DNA of 62,476 nucleotides from Alphaproteobacteria bacterium (GTDB lineage Bacteria; Pseudomonadota; Alphaproteobacteria; RF32; CAG-239): NCBI GenBank assembly GCA_031550205.1, contig JAVBOV010000040.1, positions 1 to 62,476 of the forward strand, read 5' to 3'. Shown piece by piece: positions 62,476 to 62,476 of this stretch (position 1 is its first letter; each line of letters starts with the position of its first letter). The notes under the pieces were generated by a model. It saw only the letters and a program-made list of their open reading frames with translations, ran no database searches and was not told where the DNA came from. The position numbers and the translations under genes were made by a program.

Positions 62476-62476
62476 T

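Noticed and set aside
1-62476. Integrative/conjugative element or prophage boundaries (integrase, tRNA target, direct repeats, relaxase, oriT)
   Set aside because: I recognised no integrase, transposase, relaxase, coupling protein or tRNA gene. Housekeeping-type genes (mpl-like, tlpA-like, NMO-family) are interspersed. The mobile-element status of the T4SS cannot be supported from this window.

Overview
The window is almost fully coding. It looks like a segment of a moderately AT-rich Gram-negative genome, possibly alphaproteobacterium-like and host-associated, but the taxon cannot be determined from this sequence. All family calls were made by eye from motifs and architecture; no search was run.

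Main blocks:
1. 2..9112 (+): four tandem VirB6/TrbL-like genes, the last fused to an M23 peptidase. A dual-HTH repressor with an S24-like domain and a palindromic operator follows.
2. 9633..15728 (+): a very acidic protein with W-E-W-E-Y-E-E repeats, a short secretin-like lipoprotein, a bitopic partner protein, an Mpl-like Mur ligase and a methyltransferase.
3. 16089..41846 (-): one co-directional string of about 25.8 kb encoding a P-type type IV secretion system that resembles the Rickettsiales vir homolog (rvh) layout. Gene order is virB2, virB2, a 717-aa protein with an embedded VirB2 core, virB3, virB4, four secreted coiled-coil proteins (one of 1592 aa), virB8, a virB7-like lipoprotein, virB8, virB9 with a C-terminal SPOR domain, a 1138-aa repeat protein, a 1420-aa repeat-expanded virB10, and virB11. 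I recognised no virB1, virD4, relaxase or integrase in the window.
4. 42197..56022 (+), divergent from block 3: a type IVb pilus cluster resembling the R64 thin pilus, Bfp and Tcp systems. It has a TcpQ/PilL-like lipoprotein, a secretin lipoprotein, accessory proteins, an assembly ATPase, a platform protein, three pilin paralogs and a PilT-like ATPase. A GIY-YIG gene and palindromic elements are inserted among the pilin genes.
5. 56045..62475: a TlpA-like thioredoxin, a vWA / PP2C / Ser-Thr kinase triad (TerY-P type), an orphan ORF, a nitronate-monooxygenase-family oxidoreductase and a partial SH3-like gene.

Intergenic DNA carries several families of short palindromic MITE/REP-like elements, and some reach in-frame into the 5' ends of genes. 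I recognised no rRNA, tRNA, CRISPR array or transposase.

The most unusual content is the elaborated T4SS: about 5.7 kb of one 17-18-residue repeat spread over two adjacent genes including virB10, a giant VirB2 fusion, peptidoglycan-directed domains fused to VirB6 and VirB9, extra secreted giants, and physical coupling to a type IVb pilus.
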